From Bacilli bacterium (lineage in GTDB: Bacteria > Bacillota_I > Bacilli_A > RFN20 > CAG-826), in assembly GCA_024698065.1 (NCBI GenBank), contig JAILRR010000064.1, positions 1-35,584 on the forward strand: a stretch of 35,584 nucleotides of DNA. Direction: 5' to 3'. Numbering within the stretch: the first letter of the stretch is position 1; every line of letters starts with the position of its first letter. The notes beneath the pieces are model-generated. The model saw nothing but the letters and a program-made list of their open reading frames with translations. It had not been told where the DNA came from and ran no database searches. Made by a program: the position numbers and the translations under genes. Positions 8,976 to 18,901 of this stretch are shown here, piece by piece.

Positions 8976-10522
8976 TGGAAGGCCTCTTCGAACGTTTACT
9001 CACATATTACGGTCTTTCGAGGGAGGAGTATGAGAAACTCATACTTCCTCCTTCTTTTCGTTCAATCCCTCTCATAGATGATCATCCGATCGTCAAAAAG
9101 GCTATTGAGCGTTTGGAAAAAGCCCGCGATGCCAAAGAGAAGATCCTTATCTATGGCGATTACGATGCCGATGGCGTTTGTAGCGCTTCTATCTTATTAA
9201 GGTCTTTTAAGGAATTTGGCATCGATGCCAGTGGATATCTCCCATCAAGATACCTCGATGGCTATGGACTGACGGTTGAAAACGTCAAAAAGATCGCCGC
9301 TAAAGGGTTCTCTATTATCTTTACCTGTGATAACGGTGTCACAGCCCATGAGGCTCTCAAATGCGCAAAAGAACTTGGTGTTGAGGTCATAATCCTCGAC
9401 CACCATGAATTTGATGACGTTAAGCCTGAGTGCGACATCGTCATACATCCTGAAACTCTCTCCTATGGTGAATATCCAATCAGTGCCGGATATCTTTCCT
9501 TCCTTTTTAGCGAAGCGTTGCTAAAGAAGGTTGATAGTTATCTTCTTGTTTTAGGCGCCATCTCGACTATTAGCGACATGATGCCGATCAGGGGACATAA
9601 CCGTGAGATAGTCCGTCTCATGCTCGAAATCGTTAACAAAGAACCTCCAGAGGTCATCAGCCTTCTGACAGACAAACGCATCTTTGATGTTTCGACCTTC
9701 CAGATGGAGATCTGCCCGAAAATCAATGCGGTCGGAAGATTAGAAAAAGGAACTGAGATTAATAGGCTTTTGCATTACTTCGCCAATGATCTTAGCGACA
9801 AAGTGGCTTTGGCCAGATATCTCAACGAGGTCAATGCCAGAAGAAAAGAAATCACCAAAGAAGCAGAAGAATCCATCGAGATCAATGAGACGGATGCGGC
9901 AATAGTGGTGAAGGCCAATATGCCAGAAGGCTTGAACGGTCTTCTCGCCTCAAAGCTTCTTTCCGTCTATAAGAAACCGGTTTGTGTTTTTTCTGAAATG
10001 AACAAAAACCCCGATGTCCTTGTTGGATCTCTTAGGTCGGAAGAGGGTTTCGATGTTATTGAAGCTCTTGACGATGTAAGGGTTCCTTTGCTTACGAAAG
10101 GCGGACATCCTTTTGCGGCCGGCGTCTCCATTAACAAGAAGGATTTTGAGGCTTTCAAAAAGGATATGCTCTTCTCTGCTTTGAAACATAAGCTCTCACC
10201 AAAGAAACAAAACTATGTTCCACTAGTTTTAGGCGAATGTAGTATGCAAAGTTATCGTTTAATCGAATCTTTTGGTCCATTTGGTTTCTGCTGGGAAACG
10301 CCTAAATTTCTACTAACTAATCTTGACCCAAGTACGTTCACATATATCAAAGACGGTAAATACCTTTCCGTCAAAATATCATCTGATGTTCGTCTCTTCT
10401 CCTTTGAAATCAACGAGAATTCTTTCGATTTGGATTCGAAAGTCGACCTCGCTTGTTCGTTCAAGATAAATGAGTATAAAGGCAGGCGCAGTTTGGACAT
10501 TTTATGTCAAAAGACCTTCTAA
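8975..10522 (+). CDS. recJ: Single-stranded-DNA exonuclease RecJ
   Basis: IYGDYDADG, DGYGL, CDNG, DHH, TISDMM, PKINAVGRL, GSLRS, GGHPFAAG. Confidence 0.95.
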   Translation: MEGLFERLLTYYGLSREEYEKLILPPSFRSIPLIDDHPIVKKAIERLEKARDAKEKILIYGDYDADGVCSASILLRSFKEFGIDASGYLPSRYLDGYGLTVENVKKIAAKGFSIIFTCDNGVTAHEALKCAKELGVEVIILDHHEFDDVKPECDIVIHPETLSYGEYPISAGYLSFLFSEALLKKVDSYLLVLGAISTISDMMPIRGHNREIVRLMLEIVNKEPPEVISLLTDKRIFDVSTFQMEICPKINAVGRLEKGTEINRLLHYFANDLSDKVALARYLNEVNARRKEITKEAEESIEINETDAAIVVKANMPEGLNGLLASKLLSVYKKPVCVFSEMNKNPDVLVGSLRSEEGFDVIEALDDVRVPLLTKGGHPFAAGVSINKKDFEAFKKDMLFSALKHKLSPKKQNYVPLVLGECSMQSYRLIESFGPFGFCWETPKFLLTNLDPSTFTYIKDGKYLSVKISSDVRLFSFEINENSFDLDSKVDLACSFKINEYKGRRSLDILCQKTF

Positions 10523-10564
10523 ACTTGTTTAGAATCGTTTGTTTTAGAGTATAATCAACTTGTT

Positions 10565-12805
10565 ATGGTTAACAAAGTTGAGCCAAAACCAGAGAAAGAT
10601 GGCAAGAAGTTACTGCCTAATGGCGGTTACCCAATGCATTTTTTTGACGATGTCAAAGAGCTTTATTTCACCTACATCAAAAACCCTAAAGATAGGGAAT
10701 TGATCGAGAAGGCCTATCTTTTTGCTGCAAACAAACACGCCGGTGTTTTCCGTAAGAGCGGCGAAGCCTATATCCAGCATCCAATCGAAGTCGCTTATAT
10801 TCTCGCTTCTCTCCAGTGCGGACCAGAAACGATTGCAGCCGGTCTTTTACACGATGTTGTCGAAGACACGGATGCGACGATTCAAGACATCGAACGCGAA
10901 TTCACGCCTGACGTCGCCCTTATTGTCGACTCTCTTACGAAGATTCAACGTATGAAGCTCTCCCATAGGACCGAGCAGGATTTTGAAGCGGAGGATCACC
11001 GCAAAATCTTCCTTGGCATGGCGAAAGATGTTCGCGTTATTATCGTTAAACTTGCTGACCGTCTCCATAATTTGCGTACTCTTGATGCGTTGAAGCCTGA
11101 AAGACAACAGGCCCTTTCTAAAGAAACCCTCGATGTTTTCACACCGATCGCTCACCGTCTTGGTATCTACAAGATGCAAAGCGAGATGGAAGATCTTTCC
11201 CTTAAATACCTTGAGCCAACCAAATACAACGAGATCCTTACTTTGCTCAATGCTAGGGAAGCCGATCGCCAAGGTTCACTCGACGCTCTCCAAAAGCGTA
11301 TAGCCGACCTTCTCTTTGAGAACAAGATCAAGTTCCGTATGGAATCGCGCATTAAATCGATTTATTCGATTTATCGCAAGATGTATCTCAAACACTATAA
11401 CTTCGATGAACTCTACGATATTCTTGCTGTCCGTATCATTACCGACAGCGTTATGAACTGCTATACCATTCTTGGTATCATCCACGCTACATATAAGCCT
11501 GTTCCTGGTCGCCTTAAGGATTACATTGCTATGCCTAAGCCGAACCTTTACCAGTCTTTGCATACGACCATCGTTTCTGGTGATGGAAACATCTATGAGG
11601 TTCAGATAAGAACCGAGGAGATGGACGAAGTCGCTGAAAGCGGTGTTGCCGCACACTGGAGATATAAGGAAGGCGAGCATTATAACGCCAAAGAAGAGCA
11701 ACGCGACATCGAAGAAAAACTCCATTGGTTCCGTGATTTCGTCTCGATGAGCGCTGAAAACGAATCGGGAGACGCAAAGGAATATATTGCCGCTTTGGAA
11801 CACGATGTCTTCAACGCTAATGTTTATGTATTTACACCACTAGGCAAGGTCATAGACCTTCCTGCTGGCTCAACCGTTCTTGATTTCGCTTACCGTATCC
11901 ACACGAAGGTTGCCGAAAGCGCGGTGGGCGCTGTCGTCAATGGTGCCAACGCTGCCTTATCCACGGTTCTTAAAACTGGGGATGTCTGTGAGATCCGAAC
12001 CGCCAAAAACGCGCCAGGTCCTAATGATTCGTGGACCGATATTGCCAAGACTTCATCGGCCAAAGCTCATATCAGGCGCTATTTGCAGAAGAAGAATGAC
12101 TTCTTACGCGAGGATTCGATTAACAAAGGTCGCGAAAGCTGTCTTGAAGCATTTGGACAACAGGATATCGGTCAAGGGGAGATGGAAAAGCTCCTTAGCG
12201 ATCCTAAGACCCTTGAGCATTTCAACGCGAAGACTCTCGAAAATCTCTATGAACTCGTTGCTAATAGGAATCCGGCACCGTTTGCCATCGTCGATTTCCT
12301 CCGTGTTCGTAAGAAAACATCAAAACCAAATCTTGTCTCGGTAGTTCATACCGATTCGAAGACACCGGTTCTCGTTAACGGGGTCGACAATATCGCCATT
12401 TCCTTAGCGAAGTGCTGTACTCCTGTTCCGGGCGATGACATCGTCGGGTACGTCGTAAATGGAAAAGGAATTGTCGTTCATAGGGCATCATGTTCCAATG
12501 TTTCCAAAGGAAAACCGCGTCTAATCGACGTTCATTGGAATCCTGATTTGGGCCTCACTTCCAAATTCCCGGCTCTTATTAGGATTTACGCTAACGATCG
12601 TCCGAATCTGCTTGTCGACATAATGGGCGCTCTATCGACCAGAGGAGTCCTTGTCACCGACTTGAAGATTCATTTGATGGAAAAAACGATGAATGACATA
12701 GTCAACCTCACCATTTATGTCAGCGATAGTGCTACAATCTTACAGGTCTTCCAGACCATACTTGAAATCAAAGGCGTTTACAACGTTGAACGCGTAACGA
12801 AATAG
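10565..12805 (+). CDS. relA: Bifunctional (p)ppGpp synthetase/hydrolase Rel
   Basis: HD motif LLHDVVED, KLADRLHN, RxKD, YQSLHT, EVQIRT, TGS (DFAYRIHT), CC (AKCCTPVPGD) and ACT domains. Confidence 0.97.
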   Translation: MVNKVEPKPEKDGKKLLPNGGYPMHFFDDVKELYFTYIKNPKDRELIEKAYLFAANKHAGVFRKSGEAYIQHPIEVAYILASLQCGPETIAAGLLHDVVEDTDATIQDIEREFTPDVALIVDSLTKIQRMKLSHRTEQDFEAEDHRKIFLGMAKDVRVIIVKLADRLHNLRTLDALKPERQQALSKETLDVFTPIAHRLGIYKMQSEMEDLSLKYLEPTKYNEILTLLNAREADRQGSLDALQKRIADLLFENKIKFRMESRIKSIYSIYRKMYLKHYNFDELYDILAVRIITDSVMNCYTILGIIHATYKPVPGRLKDYIAMPKPNLYQSLHTTIVSGDGNIYEVQIRTEEMDEVAESGVAAHWRYKEGEHYNAKEEQRDIEEKLHWFRDFVSMSAENESGDAKEYIAALEHDVFNANVYVFTPLGKVIDLPAGSTVLDFAYRIHTKVAESAVGAVVNGANAALSTVLKTGDVCEIRTAKNAPGPNDSWTDIAKTSSAKAHIRRYLQKKNDFLREDSINKGRESCLEAFGQQDIGQGEMEKLLSDPKTLEHFNAKTLENLYELVANRNPAPFAIVDFLRVRKKTSKPNLVSVVHTDSKTPVLVNGVDNIAISLAKCCTPVPGDDIVGYVVNGKGIVVHRASCSNVSKGKPRLIDVHWNPDLGLTSKFPALIRIYANDRPNLLVDIMGALSTRGVLVTDLKIHLMEKTMNDIVNLTIYVSDSATILQVFQTILEIKGVYNVERVTK

Positions 12806-12818
12806 AAAGGAAAGTTAC

Positions 12819-14132
12819 ATGCCAAATTACCAGCCAGTCAAAGGTACGCACGATATCTATGGCAAAGAAGCCATCGGTATGCGTTATATCGAAGCCGTCT
12901 TAGGAGCGGCTTGCGAACTCTACGGTTATAAGGAAATAATCGTCCCATCGATGGAATACACCGAAGTCTTTGCTCGTGGAACGGGCGAAGGCAGCGATAT
13001 CGTCCGCAAAGAGATGTACACCTTCCTTGACAAAGGAGACCGCAGCATCACCCTCCGTCCGGAATTCACCGCCGGTGTCATGCGTGCCATCATCTCAAAC
13101 AAGCTTTATGCAGGGGATCTTCCTCTCAAACTTTATTACCAAGGCCCAGCCTTCCGTTATGAAAGGCCGCAGCTTGGTCGTTATCGCCAGTTCCACCAGT
13201 TCGGTGTCGAAGAAGTTGGCTTAGATAGCTCTAGAGCTGATGCCGAGTGCATTTGCTTAGCTGTCAGCGCCCTTCAGATGCTTGGCTTTGAGAACGTCAA
13301 ACTCAAGATCAACTCCCTAGGAGACAACGAAACCAGAGCCGCTTACCGCGAAGCTTTGGTCAAATACTTCGGCGAGCATATCGATGAGATGTGCGACGAT
13401 TGCAAAGAGCGTATCAAACTTAATCCTCTTCGCATCCTCGATTGCAAAGTCGAGCACGACCAGGAAATCGCCAAAGGCGCTCCAAGAATCAAAGATTATC
13501 TCAGCGAAGCGAGTGAGAAGCGTTTCTACGAAACCTTGAACATCATCAACGCCATGGGAATTGATTATGAGATCGACGAGAATCTCGTCCGCGGACTTGA
13601 TTACTACAGCGAAGTCGTCTTCGAAATCCATCTTACGAGCCCAGAAAACAAAGACTACGGCGCGGTTTGCGGCGGTGGCCATTATGGCGGACTCATCAAA
13701 GGCCTTGGCGGACCTGACTTAGCCGGCGTTGGCTTTGCCATGGGTTTAGAGCGCGTCTATAGCCTTATGGAAGACAGCCATCTTCTCGATCATCTTGAAG
13801 AAGGCGTTGACCTCTACGTCATGCCTGTCGGAGACAAAGTCCTTGATTCTGCCTTCGAAATCACGATGGCCTGCCGCTCATTCGGCTATTCAACTGAAAC
13901 CCCATTGGCCGCTCTTAAATTCGGCACCATGTTCAAGAAAGCCGAACACTTAGGCGCTAAGTACGCCCTCATCGTTGGCGAAGAAGAAATGGCCAACGGC
14001 ATCCTTAAGATCAAAAATCTCCAAAGCCAAGAACAGAAGGAGATTTCCTTAGAAAACCTTCAGGAGGAGCTTGACAGCATCTTCCACGAAGGACACGAAG
14101 AACATCATCACTGTCATTGCCACGAAGAGTAA
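12819..14132 (+). CDS. hisS: Histidine--tRNA ligase with His/Cys-rich tail
   Basis: LRPEFTA, FRYERPQLGRYRQFHQFG, LVRGLDYY, GFAMGLER. Confidence 0.98.
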   Translation: MPNYQPVKGTHDIYGKEAIGMRYIEAVLGAACELYGYKEIIVPSMEYTEVFARGTGEGSDIVRKEMYTFLDKGDRSITLRPEFTAGVMRAIISNKLYAGDLPLKLYYQGPAFRYERPQLGRYRQFHQFGVEEVGLDSSRADAECICLAVSALQMLGFENVKLKINSLGDNETRAAYREALVKYFGEHIDEMCDDCKERIKLNPLRILDCKVEHDQEIAKGAPRIKDYLSEASEKRFYETLNIINAMGIDYEIDENLVRGLDYYSEVVFEIHLTSPENKDYGAVCGGGHYGGLIKGLGGPDLAGVGFAMGLERVYSLMEDSHLLDHLEEGVDLYVMPVGDKVLDSAFEITMACRSFGYSTETPLAALKFGTMFKKAEHLGAKYALIVGEEEMANGILKIKNLQSQEQKEISLENLQEELDSIFHEGHEEHHHCHCHEE

Positions 14133-14148
14133 TTGAAAAGGAGAACAA

Positions 14149-15882
14149 ATGGAAAGAACAGATTACAATGGCGAGCTACGTTTATCTGACGTTGGCCGCG
14201 AAGTAAAGCTTGTTGGCTGGGTTTCTACAAGAAGAAGACTCGGCGCCATCGAGTTTATTGACTTACGCGACAACACCGGAATCGTCCAGCTCATGATTAA
14301 AGAAGGAGTTGAAGTCCCTGATGTCAGAAACGAGTTTGTCATTTCTGTCACTGGAACCGTCTCCAAGAAAGAAGTTCCAAACCCAAAGCTTCCTACCGGT
14401 GATATCGAAGTCATCGTCAAAGAGCTTAAAGTGGTCAACAAGGCTGAGAACCCGCCTTTCATAATTGCCGATAAGACCGATGCTTTGGAAGAAACCCGCC
14501 TTCAGTATCGTTACCTTGATCTCCGCCGCCCAGAGATGCAGCGTCGTCTCCGTGTCAGAGCTAAGATCGTCCAGCTTACCCATGAGTATCTCGATAAAAA
14601 CCGTTTCTTAGAAGTGGAAACCCCAATCCTTAATTTGGCCACTCCAGAAGGCGCACGTGACTATATCGTCCCATCCCGTCTTCACCACGGTTCCTTCTAC
14701 GCCCTTCCACAGTCTCCTCAGCTCTTCAAACAGCTCCTTATGATCGGCGGAATCGAGCGTTATTACCAAATTGCAAAGTGTTTCCGTGACGAAGATTTGC
14801 GCGCTGACCGTCAGCCTGAGTTCACTCAGATCGACGTCGAGTGCTCATTCATGGAACAAGATGACATCCTCACCCTTTGCGAAGGGATGCTTCAGCGCTA
14901 TTTCAAAGAAATAGTCAATTACGATGTTAAGCTTCCTCTTCGCCGTATGGATTATTGGGATGCCATGGACACTTATGGCAGCGATAAGCCAGATACCCGT
15001 TATGAGTTAACCCTCAAGGATGTCTATGCCATCATGAAGAAAACCAGCTTTGCTGGATTTGAAGATGCCCAGTACATCCGTGCCATCGTCATTCCTAACC
15101 ATGCTACCGAAACTAGCCGCAAAGTTCTTGATGAACTTCAAGTCGAAGCCAGAAAGTTCGGTCTTAAGGGCGTTATGTCCCTTAAATACAATGGCGGTGC
15201 TTTAAGCGGATCGTTCACCAAATTCATGGATGAAGCCACCCAGAAAGAATTGATTGAGACCTTATCCCTTAAGGAAGACGATCTCGTCTTATTCGCTGGT
15301 TCGCCATATCGCCGTGATGTCGACTTCGGTCTTGGCGCTTTAAGAACCCGCTTCGCCAAAGAAATGGGTCTTATAAAACCTGGAACCTACGACCTCCTTT
15401 GGGTTATCAACTTCCCAATGTTCGATAAAATCGAAGGAACGGAAGATCAGTACACAGCAGAACATCACCCATTCACCCGTCCACGCGACGAGGATCTCAA
15501 ATATCTCGACACCGATCCTGAGAAGGTTTTAGCCTACGCTTACGATATCTGCATCAACGGATACGAAGCCGGTGGTGGAACTTTAAGAATCTATGACCAC
15601 GACACGCAGTGGAAGATCTTCAAACTCTTAGGTCTTAGCGACGAAGACGTCGCCAAGAAGTTTGGTTGGTTCATCGATGCCTTCAAGTATGGAGCCCCGC
15701 CCCATGGTGGATTCGCTCTTGGTCTTGACCGCTTGTCGATGATTCTCTCCGGCACCGATAACATCCGCGATGTTGAGGCATTCCCAAAGAACCTTCAGGC
15801 CGTGGATCCAATGTCCAAAGCCCCGGCTGGAGTCAGCCAAGAGGCTCTCGATACAGTTGGTATCGAATTAAAGAAGGAATAA
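14149..15882 (+). CDS. aspS: Aspartate--tRNA ligase
   Basis: FIDLRD, TPEGARD, LPQSPQLFKQ, FRDEDLRADRQPEFTQ, GAPPHGGFALGLDRL. Confidence 0.98.
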   Translation: MERTDYNGELRLSDVGREVKLVGWVSTRRRLGAIEFIDLRDNTGIVQLMIKEGVEVPDVRNEFVISVTGTVSKKEVPNPKLPTGDIEVIVKELKVVNKAENPPFIIADKTDALEETRLQYRYLDLRRPEMQRRLRVRAKIVQLTHEYLDKNRFLEVETPILNLATPEGARDYIVPSRLHHGSFYALPQSPQLFKQLLMIGGIERYYQIAKCFRDEDLRADRQPEFTQIDVECSFMEQDDILTLCEGMLQRYFKEIVNYDVKLPLRRMDYWDAMDTYGSDKPDTRYELTLKDVYAIMKKTSFAGFEDAQYIRAIVIPNHATETSRKVLDELQVEARKFGLKGVMSLKYNGGALSGSFTKFMDEATQKELIETLSLKEDDLVLFAGSPYRRDVDFGLGALRTRFAKEMGLIKPGTYDLLWVINFPMFDKIEGTEDQYTAEHHPFTRPRDEDLKYLDTDPEKVLAYAYDICINGYEAGGGTLRIYDHDTQWKIFKLLGLSDEDVAKKFGWFIDAFKYGAPPHGGFALGLDRLSMILSGTDNIRDVEAFPKNLQAVDPMSKAPAGVSQEALDTVGIELKKE

Positions 15883-15948
15883 ATAATATTCTAAAAGAAT
15901 ATTAGTTAAACTAAATAATGACTAAAAATCTACTAAGGAGAAAACAGA

Positions 15949-17922
15949 ATGATTAGTCGCTTCAATGAAAAGGATGCGCTCGCAGTCAGCGCCATCCGCG
16001 CTCTCGTTATTGACGAGATCAACAAGGCCAACAGTGGCCACCCAGGCATGGCGCTTGATATCGCACCAGCCCTCTACGTTCTTTATAAGAACCACCTTGT
16101 CGCTGACCCAAAGCACCCAGAATGGATCAATCGCGACCGTTTCGTCCTTTCTAGCGGACACAACAGCGCTCTTCTCTACGCCATGCTTCATGTTGCTGGC
16201 TATGAAGTGAGCCTTGATGATATCAAACAGTTCCGTCAGCTCAACTCCAAGACCCCAGGCCATCCTGAATATGGCTGGACCAAAGGCGTTGATGCTACCG
16301 GTGGACCTTTAGGTCAGGGCGTTGCCCAAGCCGTTGGTATGGCGATGGCCGAAGAAAAAATCCGTGGTTCCTATGCCGAAGGCGAAAAGATCATGGATCA
16401 CTATACCTACTGTCTTTGTGGCGATGGCTGCTTAGAAGAAGGCATTGCCCAGGAAGCTATCTCCCTTGCCGGTATGCAGAAGCTCGGCAAACTCATCCTT
16501 ATCTATGATAAGAACACCTCAACCCTCGATGGTCCAACTTCCAACTCCATGACCGAAGACGAGATTCTTCGCTTCAAAGCTATGGAGTGGAATGTCCTCG
16601 AAGTCAAAGATGGCAACGACCTTGATGAAATCGATGCTGCCTTAACTGAGGCTCACAAGCATTCTGATGCTCCAACCATGATTCTTATCAACACCGTTAT
16701 CGGTTATGGTTCTCCAAAAGCCGGAAGCCACACCACCCACGGATCTCCTTTGGGAGAAGAAGCTGGTGCCGCTACCAAGAAGGCTCTTGGTTTTGACTTC
16801 CCTCCATTCACCGTTCCAGAATCCACCTATGCTGAGTTCAATGAGAACTTTGGCAAGCGTGGTGCGAAAGCTTATGCCGATTATCAGGCTACCTATGCCG
16901 CCTATGGCAAAGCCCATCCAGAGGACTTAAAGGTCTTCGAAGCCGCCTTCAAGCGCGATGTCAAAGCCTTCAAGTTCGCCGATCCATCTGTCGCCGAGAA
17001 ACCAGAGGCTACCCGTAATTCCAGTGGCCGTATGCTTGTTGAAGTTGCCGCCAACATCCCATTCACCTTTGGTGGAAGTGCTGACGTCGCCTCGAGCGTC
17101 AAGACCGCCATCCCAGGCGATCCAGGCTTCGATGCCGAACACCGTGCCGCCAAGAATATCAACTGGGGTATCCGTGAATTCGCCATGGCTGCTGCCCAGA
17201 ACGGTATGTTGCTTCATGGTGGTTTAACCACCTACGTTGGCTGCTTCTTGGTCTTCAGTGACTATATGAAGAACGCCATCCGTATGAGCGCTATTCAGCA
17301 CTTACCAGCCATTTATCTATTCTCCCACGACTCCATCGCCGTTGGCGAAGATGGTCCAACCCACGAACCAATCGAGCAGCTTGTTGCCCTTAGAAGCATC
17401 CCAGGTGTCGAAGTTCTCCGTCCAGCCGATACCAAAGAGTGCTTTGCCGCTTGGCGTTTAGCTCTTGAAACCAAGGATCACCCAGTCTGTCTTATCCTTT
17501 CCCGTCAGAACCTCCGCAACCTCGAGAAATCTTCTCTTGAGACCGTTGCAGATGGTGCTTACGTCGAAAAGAAGGAGGAGAAAGCCGACCTTGAGCTCAT
17601 CGCTACCGGAAGTGAAGTCGGTCTTGCCCTTGATGCTGCCGCCCTTCTCAAAGAGAAAGGCATCAAAGCCAGCGTCATCTCCATGCCAAGCGTTGAGCGT
17701 TTCGAGAAGCTCCCACAGGCTAAGAAAGACGCCATCATCACTCTTCCAAAAGCCAAACGCGTCGCTATCGAGATGTTAAGCGGCCTTTCTTGGTACAAAT
17801 ATGCCGACAACGTCATCTCCCAGGATGAATTCGGTTACAGCGCCCCAGCTGATCAGGTCATGGATGTCTGTGGCTTCACCGCTGAGAAAGTGGCTGCCAA
17901 GATTGCCAAACTTATCGCGTAG
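15949..17922 (+). CDS. tkt: Transketolase
   Basis: SGHPG, GHPEYG, GDGCLEEG, GIREFAM, SHDSIAVGEDGPTHEP; SD AAGGAG. Confidence 0.98.
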   Translation: MISRFNEKDALAVSAIRALVIDEINKANSGHPGMALDIAPALYVLYKNHLVADPKHPEWINRDRFVLSSGHNSALLYAMLHVAGYEVSLDDIKQFRQLNSKTPGHPEYGWTKGVDATGGPLGQGVAQAVGMAMAEEKIRGSYAEGEKIMDHYTYCLCGDGCLEEGIAQEAISLAGMQKLGKLILIYDKNTSTLDGPTSNSMTEDEILRFKAMEWNVLEVKDGNDLDEIDAALTEAHKHSDAPTMILINTVIGYGSPKAGSHTTHGSPLGEEAGAATKKALGFDFPPFTVPESTYAEFNENFGKRGAKAYADYQATYAAYGKAHPEDLKVFEAAFKRDVKAFKFADPSVAEKPEATRNSSGRMLVEVAANIPFTFGGSADVASSVKTAIPGDPGFDAEHRAAKNINWGIREFAMAAAQNGMLLHGGLTTYVGCFLVFSDYMKNAIRMSAIQHLPAIYLFSHDSIAVGEDGPTHEPIEQLVALRSIPGVEVLRPADTKECFAAWRLALETKDHPVCLILSRQNLRNLEKSSLETVADGAYVEKKEEKADLELIATGSEVGLALDAAALLKEKGIKASVISMPSVERFEKLPQAKKDAIITLPKAKRVAIEMLSGLSWYKYADNVISQDEFGYSAPADQVMDVCGFTAEKVAAKIAKLIA

Positions 17923-17960
17923 TACTTTCATTGCTTCGGTATTTTCATTAAAATAAACTC

Positions 17961-18356
17961 ATGAGCGATTTCTACTATCTCAACAATTACCAGCAAGCTG
18001 GGAAGATGGGTATCTCGAGAAAAGCCTTCGAGAATATCGTCACCATCGCGAGTAACAATCTCCAGAATGTCAAAATCAACAACTATGGAGAGACTCTTAC
18101 CCGTCTTGGCAACATCATCTCCGCTGTCCGCCCGGTCAAAGCTTTCTTCAAGAAAGACGGCCGAGTTGATTTGATGCTCGATGTTGTGGTGGGTGGAAAC
18201 GTGACCGCGATTGCCGATCTTTGCACGAGAATCCAGGAAGAGGTTTCCAACAGCATTTCAATGATGTGTGAGACTGTTCCTGTTTCCGTGGAAATCAGGG
18301 TCTCTAAGGAAAAACCTGCAAAGAAGCCTTCAGATAAAAAGGCTAAAAAGGCTTAA
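17961..18356 (+). CDS. Asp23/Gls24 family protein (YqhY-like)
   Basis: G.MGIS..A...IV.IA and IQEEVSNSISMM patterns; directly upstream of nusB as in Bacilli. Leaderless promoter TTTCAT-17-TAAAAT-6-ATG. Confidence 0.8.
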   Translation: MSDFYYLNNYQQAGKMGISRKAFENIVTIASNNLQNVKINNYGETLTRLGNIISAVRPVKAFFKKDGRVDLMLDVVVGGNVTAIADLCTRIQEEVSNSISMMCETVPVSVEIRVSKEKPAKKPSDKKAKKA

Positions 18357-18386
18357 TAGCCGCAAAAGATTACTTTAGTAATGTCT

Positions 18387-18419
18387 GGTGCCATCTAAAA
18401 AAGGTGGCACCTTTTGTTT
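18387..18419 (+). terminator. Intrinsic terminator
   Basis: GGTGCCATCT-AAAAA-AGGTGGCACC followed by TTTTGTTT. Confidence 0.8.
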
Positions 18420-18484
18420 ACCCCTTTTTCTTTCTATTAGATGTGGTAAACTTAGTAGCCTTAATTTCAGGAGGCTTGATCTTT

Positions 18485-18901
18485 ATGGAAAAAACACTAT
18501 CCCGCAACAAAGCCCATGACATCGCACTTTTCGCGATTTATGACGTTCTGACATATTCTGCAGCGAAGCTCCCAGCTCCAATCGAGGATATCGTCAGCGG
18601 CTTAACTGAGCAGTCTTTCGAGGATAGTGATTTTTTTGTTAAGGAAATGGTTTTGGCCATGGTCAAACACTATCAAGAGATCATCCCGATATTTGAGAAG
18701 AACATGAGAAAGTGGACGTTCGACCGTCTTAACCTTCTCGAGCAAGCTTTGCTTTTGCTTGCCTATTGCCAGTCTTATTACAGCGTCGAGAAAACAGATA
18801 AAGCCATCATCATTAACGTTTCTGTTGAGTTGGCTAAGAAATATCTGAGCGATAACGACTATAAATTCGTTAATGCGATTCTGGATAAGGTCTTGGCTTA
18901 A
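18485..18901 (+). CDS. nusB: Transcription antitermination factor NusB
   Basis: WTFDRL, IINVSVELAKKY, FVNAILD. Start moved to ATG 18485 (SD AGGAGG; extended -10 TGGTAAACT at 18444-18452). Confidence 0.93.
   Translation: MEKTLSRNKAHDIALFAIYDVLTYSAAKLPAPIEDIVSGLTEQSFEDSDFFVKEMVLAMVKHYQEIIPIFEKNMRKWTFDRLNLLEQALLLLAYCQSYYSVEKTDKAIIINVSVELAKKYLSDNDYKFVNAILDKVLA

Noticed and set aside
15883-15948. 6S RNA downstream of aspS (usual Firmicute position)
   Set aside because: The gap is only 66 bp, AT-rich, and holds the tkt SD and probable promoter.
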